Of a stretch of DNA of 64,000 nt, positions 33,101 to 42,410 are shown in pieces. Below the pieces are notes generated by a model. It had not been told where the DNA came from. It searched no databases and worked only from the letters and a program-made list of their open reading frames with translations. Positions within the stretch are counted from its first letter, which is position 1. Each line of letters opens with the position of its first letter. A program made the translations under genes and the position numbers. Source of the stretch: Candidatus Sumerlaeota bacterium (GTDB lineage: Bacteria; Sumerlaeota; Sumerlaeia; UBA8349); the NCBI GenBank assembly GCA_016931035.1, contig JAFGFN010000167.1, forward strand, positions 2,124 to 66,123. Direction: 5' to 3'.

Positions 33101-33659
33101 GGTTCCAGGCGCTAGCCGCGCCCGTCGAAGCGTCGAGCGCGGCGATGCGGTTGCGCGCCGTGCCGCCGGCGATGGTGGTGAACGCGCCGCCGACGTAAAC
33201 CAGCGAACCCGACGTCTCCAAATCGTAGACTGCGGCGTTGGCGCCGGGATTCCACGTCGTGTCGACCGTTCCGTCGCTATGAATGTAGGCCAGATTGGTT
33301 CTCGCCAGGGATCCGACCTGCGTGAAGACGCCGCCGATGTACCATCCGCCCGAGCCGTCGGGCGCGCTGGCATAGACGAGTCCCGTCACTTTCGGGAAGG
33401 GGCGGACCGCCAAGGCCGTCGTCGTGTCGATCGGAACGTAGGCGCCCGTGTTCTCGCGGACCGCGGTGAAGTTGCCGCCGATATAGATCGTGTCCGTTGT
33501 GCACGCGATGGCGCTGACCGAACCGTTCGTAACCCAGGTTTCCTCGCGCGCGGTTGCGCTCAGCGACTCGGCATACCCGAGACCGCTTGTCGCTGCGCAG
33601 ACCGCGGCGATCATGCAAAGGAGTACGGAAACGCGCGGGCGTGCACCTCTTGCAGACAT
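30147..33659 (-). CDS. secreted repeat protein: ~14 propeller-blade-like 47-aa repeats followed by six Listeria-Bacteroides (Flg_new)-type repeats
   Basis: The start is at MSARGARPRVSVLLCMIAAVCAATSGLGYA (RBS aggagg). There are 12 clear units of GGAFTNIGGAARNRIAALD..TG.A..WNPNANG.V..L..SGSTLY plus 2 degenerate ones. The C-terminal units are of the type YTLTY.AG.NGSISG.SPQTV.HGSDGT.VEAIP.TGYHFVNWSD. Confidence 0.85.
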   Translation of the reverse strand: MSARGARPRVSVLLCMIAAVCAATSGLGYAESLSATAREETWVTNGSVSAIACTTDTIYIGGNFTAVRENTGAYVPIDTTTALAVRPFPKVTGLVYASAPDGSGGWYIGGVFTQVGSLARTNLAYIHSDGTVDTTWNPGANAAVYDLETSGSLVYVGGAFTTIAGGTARNRIAALDASTGAASAWNPSANGEVYDVGIEGSTVYAAGAFTNIGGAARNYIGAVSASTGAATAWNPNAGSWVYAVTPAGSTVYIGGAFTTVGGSLTRNYIAAIDAASTGTATSWDPSADSWVADLRVSGSTVYAGGNFSNIGGAARNRIAAIDAASTGTATAFNPNANGEVRAILISGSTVYAGGFFTNIGGAARSRIAALDIATGNALAWNPNANGTVRILGLYGSTLFVGGEFTSIGGGETRNNIAAFDAETGEVTGWNPSANGEVLALATSGGTVYAGGAFTNIGGQARNRLAALDPATSSALTWNPNANGSVYSLLLSGSTLYTGGAFTNIGGAARNYIAALDALSTGVATAWNPNADNEVRTMLLSGSTLYVGGAFINIGGAARNRIAALNTSTGAATAWNPNADAVVRALALSGSTLFVGGQFTGIGGQARLYAAALDTSTGAASLWNPNPNNILRTLAISSPTLYTGGDFSSIGGQTRNRIAALDVSTASATGWDPGANSSVYTLNLADRALYAGGAFTTIGGHSQVGFAQFEVIQSVAFVTDGTPGATLDGATTQTSIYGEDCTTVTANAPANWHFVKWTLDGADYSTSNPLLATNVTDDMTLVANFALDQYTLTYLAGSNGSISGSTPQTVDHGSDGTAVEAIPDTGYHFVNWSDSSTDNPRTDTSVTTDLLVTANFSINYYTVTFETDGTPGASLDGATSQTVAHGSGCSAVTANAPANWHFVNWTEGGSPYSTDNPLTVTDVTTETTLTANFALDQYTLTYTAGANGSISGTSPQTVEHGSDGTAVEAIPNTGYHFVNWSDLSTQNPRTDTDVTGNISVTANFAINQYTLTYTAGANGSISGTSPQTVNYGSDGSQVEAIPNTGYHFVNWSDSSTQNPRTDTNVTASISVTANFAINQYTVTFETDGMAGASLIGTSPQTIDHGSDCTPVTAVAPLYHHFVNWTKGGADYSTDNPLTVTSVTETMTLRANFEINIEPPPGTGVSNWYLHE

Positions 33660-33816
33660 TGTTTCCTCCTGCTGACGAAACATACCTGTTTCCCCCCTGT
33701 ACGGCAGAGTGAAATTGCTGGGGAAATCCTAACGGTTTACGGGAACAATAGCAATATCTAATCCGTGGCAAGGCGAAGGAGCGCCGTTCTCGGCGGCCGG
33801 GGCGATACGAGGCCGA

Positions 33817-34110
33817 TCACTCCGCGACGAACCGTACTCTGGCCACGCGACGAAGATCGACACGGCGTCTAGCTTGCCAGAGATCGTGGTTGCCCTGCAT
33901 GGCGAGCCAGCTTTCGGGAGAACGCCCCAGGGCTTTGGAGAGACGAAGCGCCATTTCGGGACTGACCCCGCTCGATCCCTTCAGAACGCGTCCCAGCGTG
34001 GACGGGGCCACGCCGAGCTTCGCGGCGAGATCGCGCGCGCTCAGTCCGTTGGGTTTAAGGTAGACCTCGGCGATGGACTCGCCGGGGTGTGGGGGGTTGT
34101 GCATGGGCAT
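33817..34110 (-). CDS. higA: HigA-family antitoxin (XRE-type HTH), with no adjacent toxin gene
   Basis: MPMHNPPHPGESIAEVYLKPNGLSARDLAAKLGVAPSTLGRVLKGSSGVSPEMALRLSKALGRSPESWLAMQGNHDLWQA is a near-textbook HigA/VapI sequence. A longer ORF starting at 34152 would overlap the stop of the upstream gene. Confidence 0.85.
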   Translation of the reverse strand: MPMHNPPHPGESIAEVYLKPNGLSARDLAAKLGVAPSTLGRVLKGSSGVSPEMALRLSKALGRSPESWLAMQGNHDLWQARRRVDLRRVARVRFVAE

Positions 34111-34144
34111 CAGTGGTAGTCCTCGTAGTCCAAGACGTGAGCGG

Positions 34145-35257
34145 TCAGACAATCATCACGGCTTCCTTCTCCAACTTCTTCCAGTCCGGATGGGGTTCGA
34201 TGCCGGGGGTGTCGGGGGCGTTCATGAGGCCGTCGACGATGGCGAGCGGGCCTTGGTTCTTGAGGTCGGCGATTTGCTCGGAGCTCCAGACGAGTTGTTC
34301 GTAGAAGTCGGTGTTGGGGAAGGCGGCGCAGAGGTGGAGGTTGGCCAGGCCCATGCCGTGGACTTGGACGCGCATGCCGCAGGATTCGGCCAGGTGGGCG
34401 ACCTTGGTCGCGCCCGTGATGCCGCCTTTTTCGTGACGCGAGGTGCGCATCATGTCGAGCGCGCCGAGCCGGATCCAGGTCGATGCGTTCCAGTGGCACC
34501 CTTCGCAGGTTTCGGCGGCGCAGATGGGGATGTCGAGCGCGTCGCAGAGCTTCTTATAGCTGAAGAGGTCGAGTTCGCGCATCGGCTCTTCGAACCAGTA
34601 GAAGTCGGCTTCTTCGAGGACGCGGCCCAGCTTCATGGCCTCGACGTAGTCGAACGCGGCCGAGCCGTCGTACATGAGGGTGGCGTCGTCGCCGGTCCAT
34701 TTGCGCAGGTTGCGGCAGAGGGCCGAGTCTTCCTTGAGGCGGCCCCAGCCGTGGAGTTTGAAGGCGGTGAAGCCGACGTCCATGCACTCCTTGATGCGGC
34801 GTTCGTACTCGTCCATCGTCTCGAAGGTCGTGGTCGAGGCATAGGCCCGGACCCGGCGGGTGTTGCCTCCGAGCATCTGATAGAGGGGCATGGCGGCTTT
34901 CCGGGACTTGATGTCCCAGAGACACTCGTCGAGCATTCCGAGCACGTGGAGCTGAAACCGCTCGATGCGGTCGATCTCCCAGACGAGGAACCAAAGGCGC
35001 TCAGTGAGGAGCGGATCCTGGCCGATGAGGGGTTTGAGGCGGCGGCGGACGACTTCGGCCGTCGCGTATCCGCGTCCGCCCTTGCTCTGGGTCATTCCGA
35101 CGAGACCTTCGTCGGTCTCGACCTTGAGGATGGCGGTGTGGAACTTCTCGCCGGGCGCGACTCCGGGGCCGTCGGGCAGATGTCCGTCGCGCCAGCGATA
35201 GCGCGGCGGCTTGGCGGTGGATTCGGTGACGTAGCACTTGATGTCGGTGATTTTCAC
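34145..35257 (-). CDS. enolase-superfamily enzyme (mandelate racemase/muconate lactonizing family; sugar-acid dehydratase-like)
   Basis: MKITDIKCYV...LWDIKSRKAAMPLYQMLGG...FKLHGWG..YDGSAAF..FYWFEEP...ICAAE shows the capping-domain plus barrel metal-ligand pattern of the MR/MLE family. Confidence 0.85.
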   Translation of the reverse strand: MKITDIKCYVTESTAKPPRYRWRDGHLPDGPGVAPGEKFHTAILKVETDEGLVGMTQSKGGRGYATAEVVRRRLKPLIGQDPLLTERLWFLVWEIDRIERFQLHVLGMLDECLWDIKSRKAAMPLYQMLGGNTRRVRAYASTTTFETMDEYERRIKECMDVGFTAFKLHGWGRLKEDSALCRNLRKWTGDDATLMYDGSAAFDYVEAMKLGRVLEEADFYWFEEPMRELDLFSYKKLCDALDIPICAAETCEGCHWNASTWIRLGALDMMRTSRHEKGGITGATKVAHLAESCGMRVQVHGMGLANLHLCAAFPNTDFYEQLVWSSEQIADLKNQGPLAIVDGLMNAPDTPGIEPHPDWKKLEKEAVMIV

Positions 35258-35340
35258 GGTAGCGACTCCCGGGCGGTCGAGAAGTTGGGCCGGATTCGGG
35301 TCTCGGGTTCCGAGGACGGCGTTCCGCGCCCAAGCCGTCT

Positions 35341-35387
35341 TATGGCCGTAGCCATGTTATGGCCGTAGCCATTCCATGGCCGTCATC
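35341..35387. repeat. 2.5 tandem copies of a 17-nt unit carrying the palindrome ATGGC-N4-GCCAT (operator-like)
   Basis: tatggccgtagccatgt tatggccgtagccattc catggccgtcatc lies in the divergent spacer between the enolase-superfamily gene and the lptF/G-like gene. Confidence 0.75.
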
Positions 35388-35544
35388 TTAGGACCGTTCA
35401 TTCTGAAAAGTCCAGGACGACGCGCGGCTCGGCGAAACGCTCGGCGAAAAGCCTTGACAATTCGCCGCCCCGGTCCGTATCCAGTAGGGTCCGTTTTGGG
35501 TCTCGGCCGAGGCGTGTCGAGACGAGAGAAGGGGAGGTTGTTTC

Positions 35545-36894
35545 TTGCTCAGAGTTCTGCAACGCTATGTTTTGCGCGAAGTCATGACGCCGGGCCTCAT
35601 GGCCCTAGCCACCCTCGCGTTCGTCCTTCTGGTCCGCATGATCTTTATGCAGTCCGACGATTTCTCGGGCATGCTTTCCCTTCCCGTTCTCCTCTTGACG
35701 ACGTTCTACTTTTTCCCGACGCTTCTGACCCTGGCCATTCCGATGGCGATCCTGACAGGGGTGTTGCTCGGGATCGGGCGGATGACGGTGGACAGCGAGG
35801 TCAAAGCGTGCCGCACGCACGGCGTGAACCTGTTCAAGGTGTTCAGCCCGGTTCTTGTCTGCGGCGGGGTGGCGTCGGTCATCGTCTTTCTCAACAGTCT
35901 GTACTTCGCCCCGTGGATGTTCTCGCGGAGCCTGAGTCTTCTGGATCGGCTCAGATACGAGGTGATCGATTCGATTCAGCCGGGCATGTTCGAGTCCGTG
36001 AAGATGGGCAAGGGCATGGAGATGGTGATTCAGTTCAAGGACCGCGACCCGGAGACGAGCGAAATCGAGAACGTCAAGATCTGGTTCGAAGGGGCCCCCG
36101 GCGAAGTGGGGAAGAGGGGCAAGAAGGCCGCCAAGAAGCGAGCGACCCTGGAAGAACTGAAGGCCAAGGCTTTGGGCCCCATCGCCCTTGCGGACGCGGC
36201 GCCCGACGACGCCCTCTCCACTCCAACGCGCGCATCGGGTCGAGCCTCCGACGCGGACGACGCGACGACGGACACGCAGTCGGAAGAGCCGACCAAGACC
36301 CGTTTCCTGGCCTCGTCGGGCCGGATCGAGCTCGACACGAGCGTCGAGCATCCCAGCGCCGCCCTGGTCTTGCGCAACGGGTCGATCCACGTGGTGCAGG
36401 ACGAGAAGGACCCGCGCTACAGCCTGGTCGAGTTCAAGCAGATGCGATACGAGTTCAGGCCCGACACCGACGAAGACTCCGCCCGGATGATTTCCCAGGC
36501 CATGACCATCGGCCAGCTGCGTCGCCGGATCGCCGTGTGCATGGACGAGCACGCGCGCCGCGTAGCCGAGGGCACCGACGAGGACGGCGTGACCAAGGGC
36601 CTCAAAATCGCCCGCACGCTGCGAGGCGAGATGTGGCAGCGCTATTCCATCTCGTTGGCCTGCATCGCTTTTGTCTTGATCGGGGTTCCATTGGCGGTCT
36701 ATATTCGCCCGTCGGGCAAGTCGATCGGGATCAGCATCGCGTTCTTGCTGATCATGGCCTACTACGGGGTGTGGCACTACGGCGCCCAGCTGGTCCGAGG
36801 GGGAGTGTGGTTCGGCCCCACGGTCGTGTTTCTGCCAAATGTTTTGTTGACAATCATAGGCGCCGTGATGTTACATCGAACCGTTCATCGCTAA
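35545..36894 (+). CDS. LptF/LptG-family (YjgP/YjgQ) permease
   Basis: MLRVLQRYVLREV..., TM helices at both ends, and a conserved C-terminal block RYSISLACIAFVLIGVPLAV. It has a TTG start. A large charged insertion sits in the periplasmic domain. Confidence 0.8.
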   Translation: MLRVLQRYVLREVMTPGLMALATLAFVLLVRMIFMQSDDFSGMLSLPVLLLTTFYFFPTLLTLAIPMAILTGVLLGIGRMTVDSEVKACRTHGVNLFKVFSPVLVCGGVASVIVFLNSLYFAPWMFSRSLSLLDRLRYEVIDSIQPGMFESVKMGKGMEMVIQFKDRDPETSEIENVKIWFEGAPGEVGKRGKKAAKKRATLEELKAKALGPIALADAAPDDALSTPTRASGRASDADDATTDTQSEEPTKTRFLASSGRIELDTSVEHPSAALVLRNGSIHVVQDEKDPRYSLVEFKQMRYEFRPDTDEDSARMISQAMTIGQLRRRIAVCMDEHARRVAEGTDEDGVTKGLKIARTLRGEMWQRYSISLACIAFVLIGVPLAVYIRPSGKSIGISIAFLLIMAYYGVWHYGAQLVRGGVWFGPTVVFLPNVLLTIIGAVMLHRTVHR

Positions 36895-36959
36895 GGGGGG
36901 CGGCGCGGGCCGCGGGACCCGTCCCTCGAACGAAGGCCGCGGAATTTTACGCGTTTGGA

Positions 36960-39875
36960 ATGGAAACGAACCGGGATCGCTTTATGCCGTCTTTCCTCTC
37001 TTCGCCTCCTTGCGGCTTCGCGTGCGATCCTTTCTTTTTTTCCTCGCGCGCGGCCACGCCGCGCGTGCGTGCCGCCATGGGCCTTGTGCTGGTGGCGATC
37101 ATTGCTTTAGTTGGAGTTACGCCCGTCCTCGGCGCGGACGATCCCGCGACCTCCCCGACGAAGGAAATCGTCTTCCCGTCCTCCGAAGGAGAGGGGGGCA
37201 AAGGGGCCGTGCGGATCGAGACGACCGAAGGCTACCTGCACTACGACGAGGAGAACGACCTGATTCACGCCAGTCGGCGCGCGCGGGTGACCTACGAGGG
37301 GTTGGTTCTCGAGGCCGACAGCATGGTGCTCGACGTGCGCCTCAAGGAAATCCAGGCCGCGGGCAACGTCCGCATGGTGGGGAACGGGGCCGACGTCTCG
37401 GCCGAGAAGATGCGCTACGACCTGGGCGCCAAGGAAGGCGAGGCCTACAAGGCCTACGGCAGCTACGGCGAGGGCCGCACCCTCCAAGAGGGCGGCACGG
37501 TCTATTTCCGCTACGGCGAGAAGGAAAAGCCGGGCGAACCCACCTTCCGGCAGTTGACCGAGTACGAGTCGGTGATGCACGGCGCGTCGCTCTCCTCGTG
37601 CGACTTCACGGTGCCGCATTATCGGATTTCGGCCCGCGAGATTCTTCTTTACCCAAACGACCGGGTGTTCATGAAAGGCGCGACGCTTTACATTCGCGAA
37701 ATCCCCGTCTTCTACTTCCCGGTTTATTCCAAGTCGCTGCGCGAGAGTTCGCCGTGGATGGTGCGGGTCGGCTACAAGTCGAGCCTGGGGCCTTATGCGC
37801 GCGTGGGCTACGTGTTCCAGCACGAGAAGAAGGAACCCTCGCTCGAGAGCGACAAGAAGTTCGTGACCAAGTCGCGCGGCGAGGCGCAGATTTTCGCCGA
37901 TTTCCTGGCCAAGCGCGGTTTCGGCGCCGGGGCCACGTACAAGTACTTCTTCAACGAGGGCGCGCACGAAGGCCAAACCGAGGTTTACTATCTGAACGAC
38001 ACCGACCGCGAGGTGGACGAGGAAACCGAGTACTCGGTTCAAGAGTGGACCCGCGATCCGGCAACGGGCGATGTGATTCCGATTTACGAGTGGGCGGACG
38101 GCACGCTCCATCGCGATCGGGAGTTTCCGGGGCAAGAGCCCTACAAGCGCAAAAAGAAATACGAAGGCAAAGAGAACGACACGGGGCGGTATCAGATCGT
38201 CGTCAAGCACCGGTCGGCCATCACGGGCCACACCCGGTGGATCGTCAACGCCGACTGGGTGAGCGATCCCGACCTCTATTACGAGGTCTTGGATCTGTTC
38301 CGCGACGAAGCGCGCAAACGGGTGATGGAACGGCGCGCGCGCACGGCGCTCACTTGGGCGCGCGAGCAGTTCGTCGCGCGGCTTCTCTTCGAGGTCAAGG
38401 ACCGGATCGGCCGCGACCGGATCACCGACTTCTCGGACCCGTCGGACAACGATCGCGATTACGACGAACAGCCCGAGCTCGACATTGAAGACCGCGAAGA
38501 GCGCGGCATTCCGATGCGGCGGTGGGGACGGGCGACGATCCGCGCGCCGCAGATCGAGCTCTCGACGGCCTGGCTCAAACTCTGGGGTCTGCCGGTCTAC
38601 TATCACACGGACCTGAACATCTTCAACAATCTCGACAAGGGCCTGAACACCGTCGATCAGGACGACGACGCCTTTGTCCGCGGGTTCGACTGGTATCACG
38701 CCCTGATGTGGCGCTGGCGTCTGGCCGAGCGCTACACCCTGCTCGCGAAGCTCGGCGCAGGCGGCGGATTCGCCTCGCGCGAGCAGACCGACTTCAATTA
38801 CTTTCAGGGGGAGGACCACCTTTATCCCCTGATTCTCGACAACGCCGAGGGCGGGAGTTTCAACCGCGCCGAAGACGCGGGCCTCGAGTTTATCGATCCC
38901 GAGACGTTCAAGATCGGCGAAGAGGAGTACAAGCTGAGCGACGTGAGCAGCGGCTACGGCTACGCCGACCTGATGCTGCGTCTCAACGCCCGCTTCACCG
39001 ACGCCTTGACCGGCGACGCGATCTATCGCTATCGATTCGCGACGAGAGACTCGCTCGGCGACTGGTATTCTCAGATCGGCGACAAGTACGTCCGCAGCGA
39101 CCTCTACAACTTCCGCCTGCGCGAGCACAACATCGAGGGCGTCTTGCGCTATCAGCTCGCCGTGCCGCGTCTGTCGGTGGCGCTGCGGCTGTTCCGCAAC
39201 CTGGTGAGCAACGGCGATCTCTATCCGCAGGAGCTGATCAGCTCGTACGGCTTGTACGGATCGTGGATCAATGCCGCCGAGACGCTGAACGTGAGTTCGG
39301 GCGTCTCGCTCGACGGACGTCAAATCTTCCATCCGAGCGACAAACGCGCCTACGTCGATTCCGGGCTCAACTATCGCGTCTCGGCGGGCTATCGCCCGCG
39401 CAGCGGCTTGTGGTGGACCCGCGTCGGCGCGAGGTATCGCCAAGGTCTCGACAAAGCTCTGGGCGACTCGGATCGCGACCGTTTCAGCGAGGACGACGAC
39501 CGCCTGACGGTGTCGGCTCTGCTGGGCGGGAAGATCGGGCCGAAATGGAGCGGCGAGCTCGAGACCGAGTGGGATTCGCGAGCGAGCACTCTCAAGACGA
39601 TCGGACTGACCCTCAATCGCGACCTGCACGACGCCCTGCTCATGATGCTGATTCGCATGGAGCAGGACATCTACGACAACGAGGACAACGGCAACAACGG
39701 AAGCAGCAGTTTCCTCGACCAGATGGACTTCCGCGTCGCCGTCCAGCCTAAGCTTCCCAAGGACCGGCTGCCCCGAGGCGTGCCCGGCATCACGACCCTC
39801 GAAGATCGGGTCAAGACCCCCGCCATCGGCGAAGCCGAAGCCGGCGCCCAAGAAGTCTCCTTCCAGAGGTATTGA
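36960..39875 (+). CDS. LptD/OstA-like outer-membrane protein
   Basis: The OstA_N-like segment is VRIETTEGYLHYDEENDLIHASRRARVTYEGLVLEADSMVLDVRLKEIQAAGNVRMVG. It is followed by ~800 aa rich in beta-strand Y/F/G/D/N/R and ends in an aromatic residue (...VSFQRY). The start is uncertain (ATG 36960, 36984 or 37077). The ORF track ORF 35376..39875 is a read-through. Confidence 0.65.
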   Translation: METNRDRFMPSFLSSPPCGFACDPFFFSSRAATPRVRAAMGLVLVAIIALVGVTPVLGADDPATSPTKEIVFPSSEGEGGKGAVRIETTEGYLHYDEENDLIHASRRARVTYEGLVLEADSMVLDVRLKEIQAAGNVRMVGNGADVSAEKMRYDLGAKEGEAYKAYGSYGEGRTLQEGGTVYFRYGEKEKPGEPTFRQLTEYESVMHGASLSSCDFTVPHYRISAREILLYPNDRVFMKGATLYIREIPVFYFPVYSKSLRESSPWMVRVGYKSSLGPYARVGYVFQHEKKEPSLESDKKFVTKSRGEAQIFADFLAKRGFGAGATYKYFFNEGAHEGQTEVYYLNDTDREVDEETEYSVQEWTRDPATGDVIPIYEWADGTLHRDREFPGQEPYKRKKKYEGKENDTGRYQIVVKHRSAITGHTRWIVNADWVSDPDLYYEVLDLFRDEARKRVMERRARTALTWAREQFVARLLFEVKDRIGRDRITDFSDPSDNDRDYDEQPELDIEDREERGIPMRRWGRATIRAPQIELSTAWLKLWGLPVYYHTDLNIFNNLDKGLNTVDQDDDAFVRGFDWYHALMWRWRLAERYTLLAKLGAGGGFASREQTDFNYFQGEDHLYPLILDNAEGGSFNRAEDAGLEFIDPETFKIGEEEYKLSDVSSGYGYADLMLRLNARFTDALTGDAIYRYRFATRDSLGDWYSQIGDKYVRSDLYNFRLREHNIEGVLRYQLAVPRLSVALRLFRNLVSNGDLYPQELISSYGLYGSWINAAETLNVSSGVSLDGRQIFHPSDKRAYVDSGLNYRVSAGYRPRSGLWWTRVGARYRQGLDKALGDSDRDRFSEDDDRLTVSALLGGKIGPKWSGELETEWDSRASTLKTIGLTLNRDLHDALLMMLIRMEQDIYDNEDNGNNGSSSFLDQMDFRVAVQPKLPKDRLPRGVPGITTLEDRVKTPAIGEAEAGAQEVSFQRY

Positions 39876-40070
39876 TCCTCCGGCTCGCGAGACGAAACGG
39901 CTCGCACTCTTTCTCCAGCCCCTGACTTTTGCACTCCTCCGTTCGGGACGAGTCGCGACGCGAGTCCCGCGCGGGTTGCCGCATACCATTCACAGTGCGG
40001 AACTTGGACCCGGCTCCATACCCTTCTCTATCGGGATCGTCAGAATCGTCTTTTTCGCTTCTTTTTCTTG

Positions 40071-40098
40071 TTGACAATCGATCGGCGATCCTTAAGAT
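40071..40098 (+). promoter_or_regulatory. near-consensus sigma70 promoter with a T-rich upstream element
   Basis: TTGACA (40071-40076), a 16-nt spacer, then TAAGAT (40093-40098). It is preceded by tctttttcgcttctttttctt, which is strikingly AT-rich for this genome. Confidence 0.55.
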
Positions 40099-40104
40099 GT
40101 AACG

Positions 40105-40465
40105 TCTTGTGCGCTCGACGGATCGAGGTTAGGGTATCGGTACTCGGCGCCGAACGGTCTTCGGAAACCCTCATCTGAAGGTCGGAGCACTAGGGCCTGT
40201 AAACGCTCGATAGTTTCAGGGCTCGCCTCGGGGATCTCTTATGGGGACGCCGAGGCGAAAGCCGGCGGCGAGGCCCTGCCGCAGAGCGAAGCAGTAGAGA
40301 AGCAGAGGGCGACTTCGCGGCGATGCCGCCGCTCCCTCCCTGGCAAAGGGAGTAAGGAGCCGAGTGGCTTCCGCCCAAGTTTCGGTGCGCTTCGGCGCCC
40401 GAACGCCCTCGCCGGATTGACAATCCAGTATCGCTTCTCCACTCAAGCCGTTTTTGCACTCGGCC
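40105..40465 (+). ncRNA. candidate structured non-coding RNA or long structured leader of tuf (family not recognised)
   Basis: No credible ORF is present. Many nested stems include ctcga-cgga-tcgag, ccgaa-cggtc-ttcgg, gcctcgg...ccgaggc, gcgaag...cttcgc, ctccct-ggcaa-agggag, gcgc-ttcg-gcgc, and a long-range gccgagtg (40359-40366) / cactcggc (40457-40464). It lies directly downstream of the strong promoter. Confidence 0.25.
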
Positions 40466-40686
40466 GACGGTCGCACTCGCGCGGGCCCGAATTTCGAGCG
40501 TTCGAGGGAACGCTCGATCCCGCGAGGATGCGCGGGAGCCGGGGCGAGGAAGTTAAGGAAGGATGCGCTTCATGGGGCGCAGAACGCTTCAGAAGAAGAT
40601 AGACCCCAGCTAGGGAATCGCCGGCGGGACGCAAACAGGTCAGACACGTCGCAGCTGCGCAAACCAGGAGAGGGAGGCCTTGAATC

Positions 40687-41874
<1,188 letters not shown>

Positions 41875-41956
41875 TCCGCAATGGGAAAGGCGTAAGGCCC
41901 GTGGGCGGCCGAAGAACCGGTTGCCAACGAGCTTGTCCCAAGGAGAGGACCCGTCA

Positions 41957-42268
41957 ATGGCAGGCCAGAAGATACGCATCAGTCTCAAAGCTTTCGATCA
42001 CCGCATTTTGGACCAGTCGGTGGGCGAGATTGTCGATACGGCCCGGCGCACGGGCGCCAATATCGTGGGGCCGATTCCCCTTCCGACGCGGATTTCCAAG
42101 TACACGGTGCTGCGCTCGCCCCACGTCGACAAGAAATCGCGCGAGCAGTTCGAGATGCGCCAGCACAAACGTCTGGTTGACATAGTGGATCCTTCCCAGA
42201 AGACGCTCGACGCCCTGACCGGGCTGGATCTGCCCGCAGGGGTGCATGTGGAGATCAAACTGGCCTGA
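41957..42268 (+). CDS. rpsJ: 30S ribosomal protein S10
   Basis: [34 protein letters not shown]...[21 protein letters not shown], with the RBS aaggagagg upstream of ATG 41957. Confidence 0.95.
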   Translation: MAGQKIRISLKAFDHRILDQSVGEIVDTARRTGANIVGPIPLPTRISKYTVLRSPHVDKKSREQFEMRQHKRLVDIVDPSQKTLDALTGLDLPAGVHVEIKLA

Positions 42269-42410
42269 GCCGCCGGGCCGCGCAAACCTGGGCGGCGAGG
42301 GTTGTCTCGATCTCGGGCAAGGAAGAAGCAGAGGAGTTGGGAGAAATCTCCGTGACGCGGTCTCCGAGACACGCAGGTCCCGCACCGCTCGCGTGGAGGA
42401 ATAGATAGCC

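Noticed and set aside
21931-35257. Genomic island or mobile element interpretation of the accessory surface block
   Set aside because: I saw no integrase, transposase, flanking tRNA or obvious direct repeats at the borders, and the GC content looks similar to the surroundings by eye. The only addiction-type gene is the solitary higA. I treat this as a variable chromosomal surface locus, not as a demonstrable mobile element.
35376-39875. 1499-aa ORF spanning the lptF/G-like gene region and the LptD-like gene
   Set aside because: The first ~530 codons are an out-of-frame read-through of the LptF/G-like gene with Arg/Gly/Pro-rich nonsense. The genuine protein sequence with an OstA_N-like domain starts only after about 36960.
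37107-39989. 960-aa minus-strand ORF antisense to the LptD-like gene. Similar long antisense or alternate-frame ORFs occur at 57692..59617, 44835..46337, 49299..51134, 40570..41988 and 8671..9900.
   Set aside because: All overlap genes with unmistakable conserved products (rpoA/rplQ, rplB-rpsC, rpsH-rplR, tuf, the dehydrogenase), and all have junk-like composition.
39876-40686. tRNA genes, RNase P RNA, tmRNA, SRP RNA or a riboswitch upstream of tuf
   Set aside because: I found none of the following: a T-loop GGTTCGAATCC-type motif; the GGAAAGTCCGGGC or ACAGAACCCGGCTTA RNase P boxes; a tmRNA tag frame or CCA-proximal T-arm; the SRP GGAA/AGCA domain IV motif; common riboswitch cores. The region is kept only as an unclassified structured-RNA candidate.
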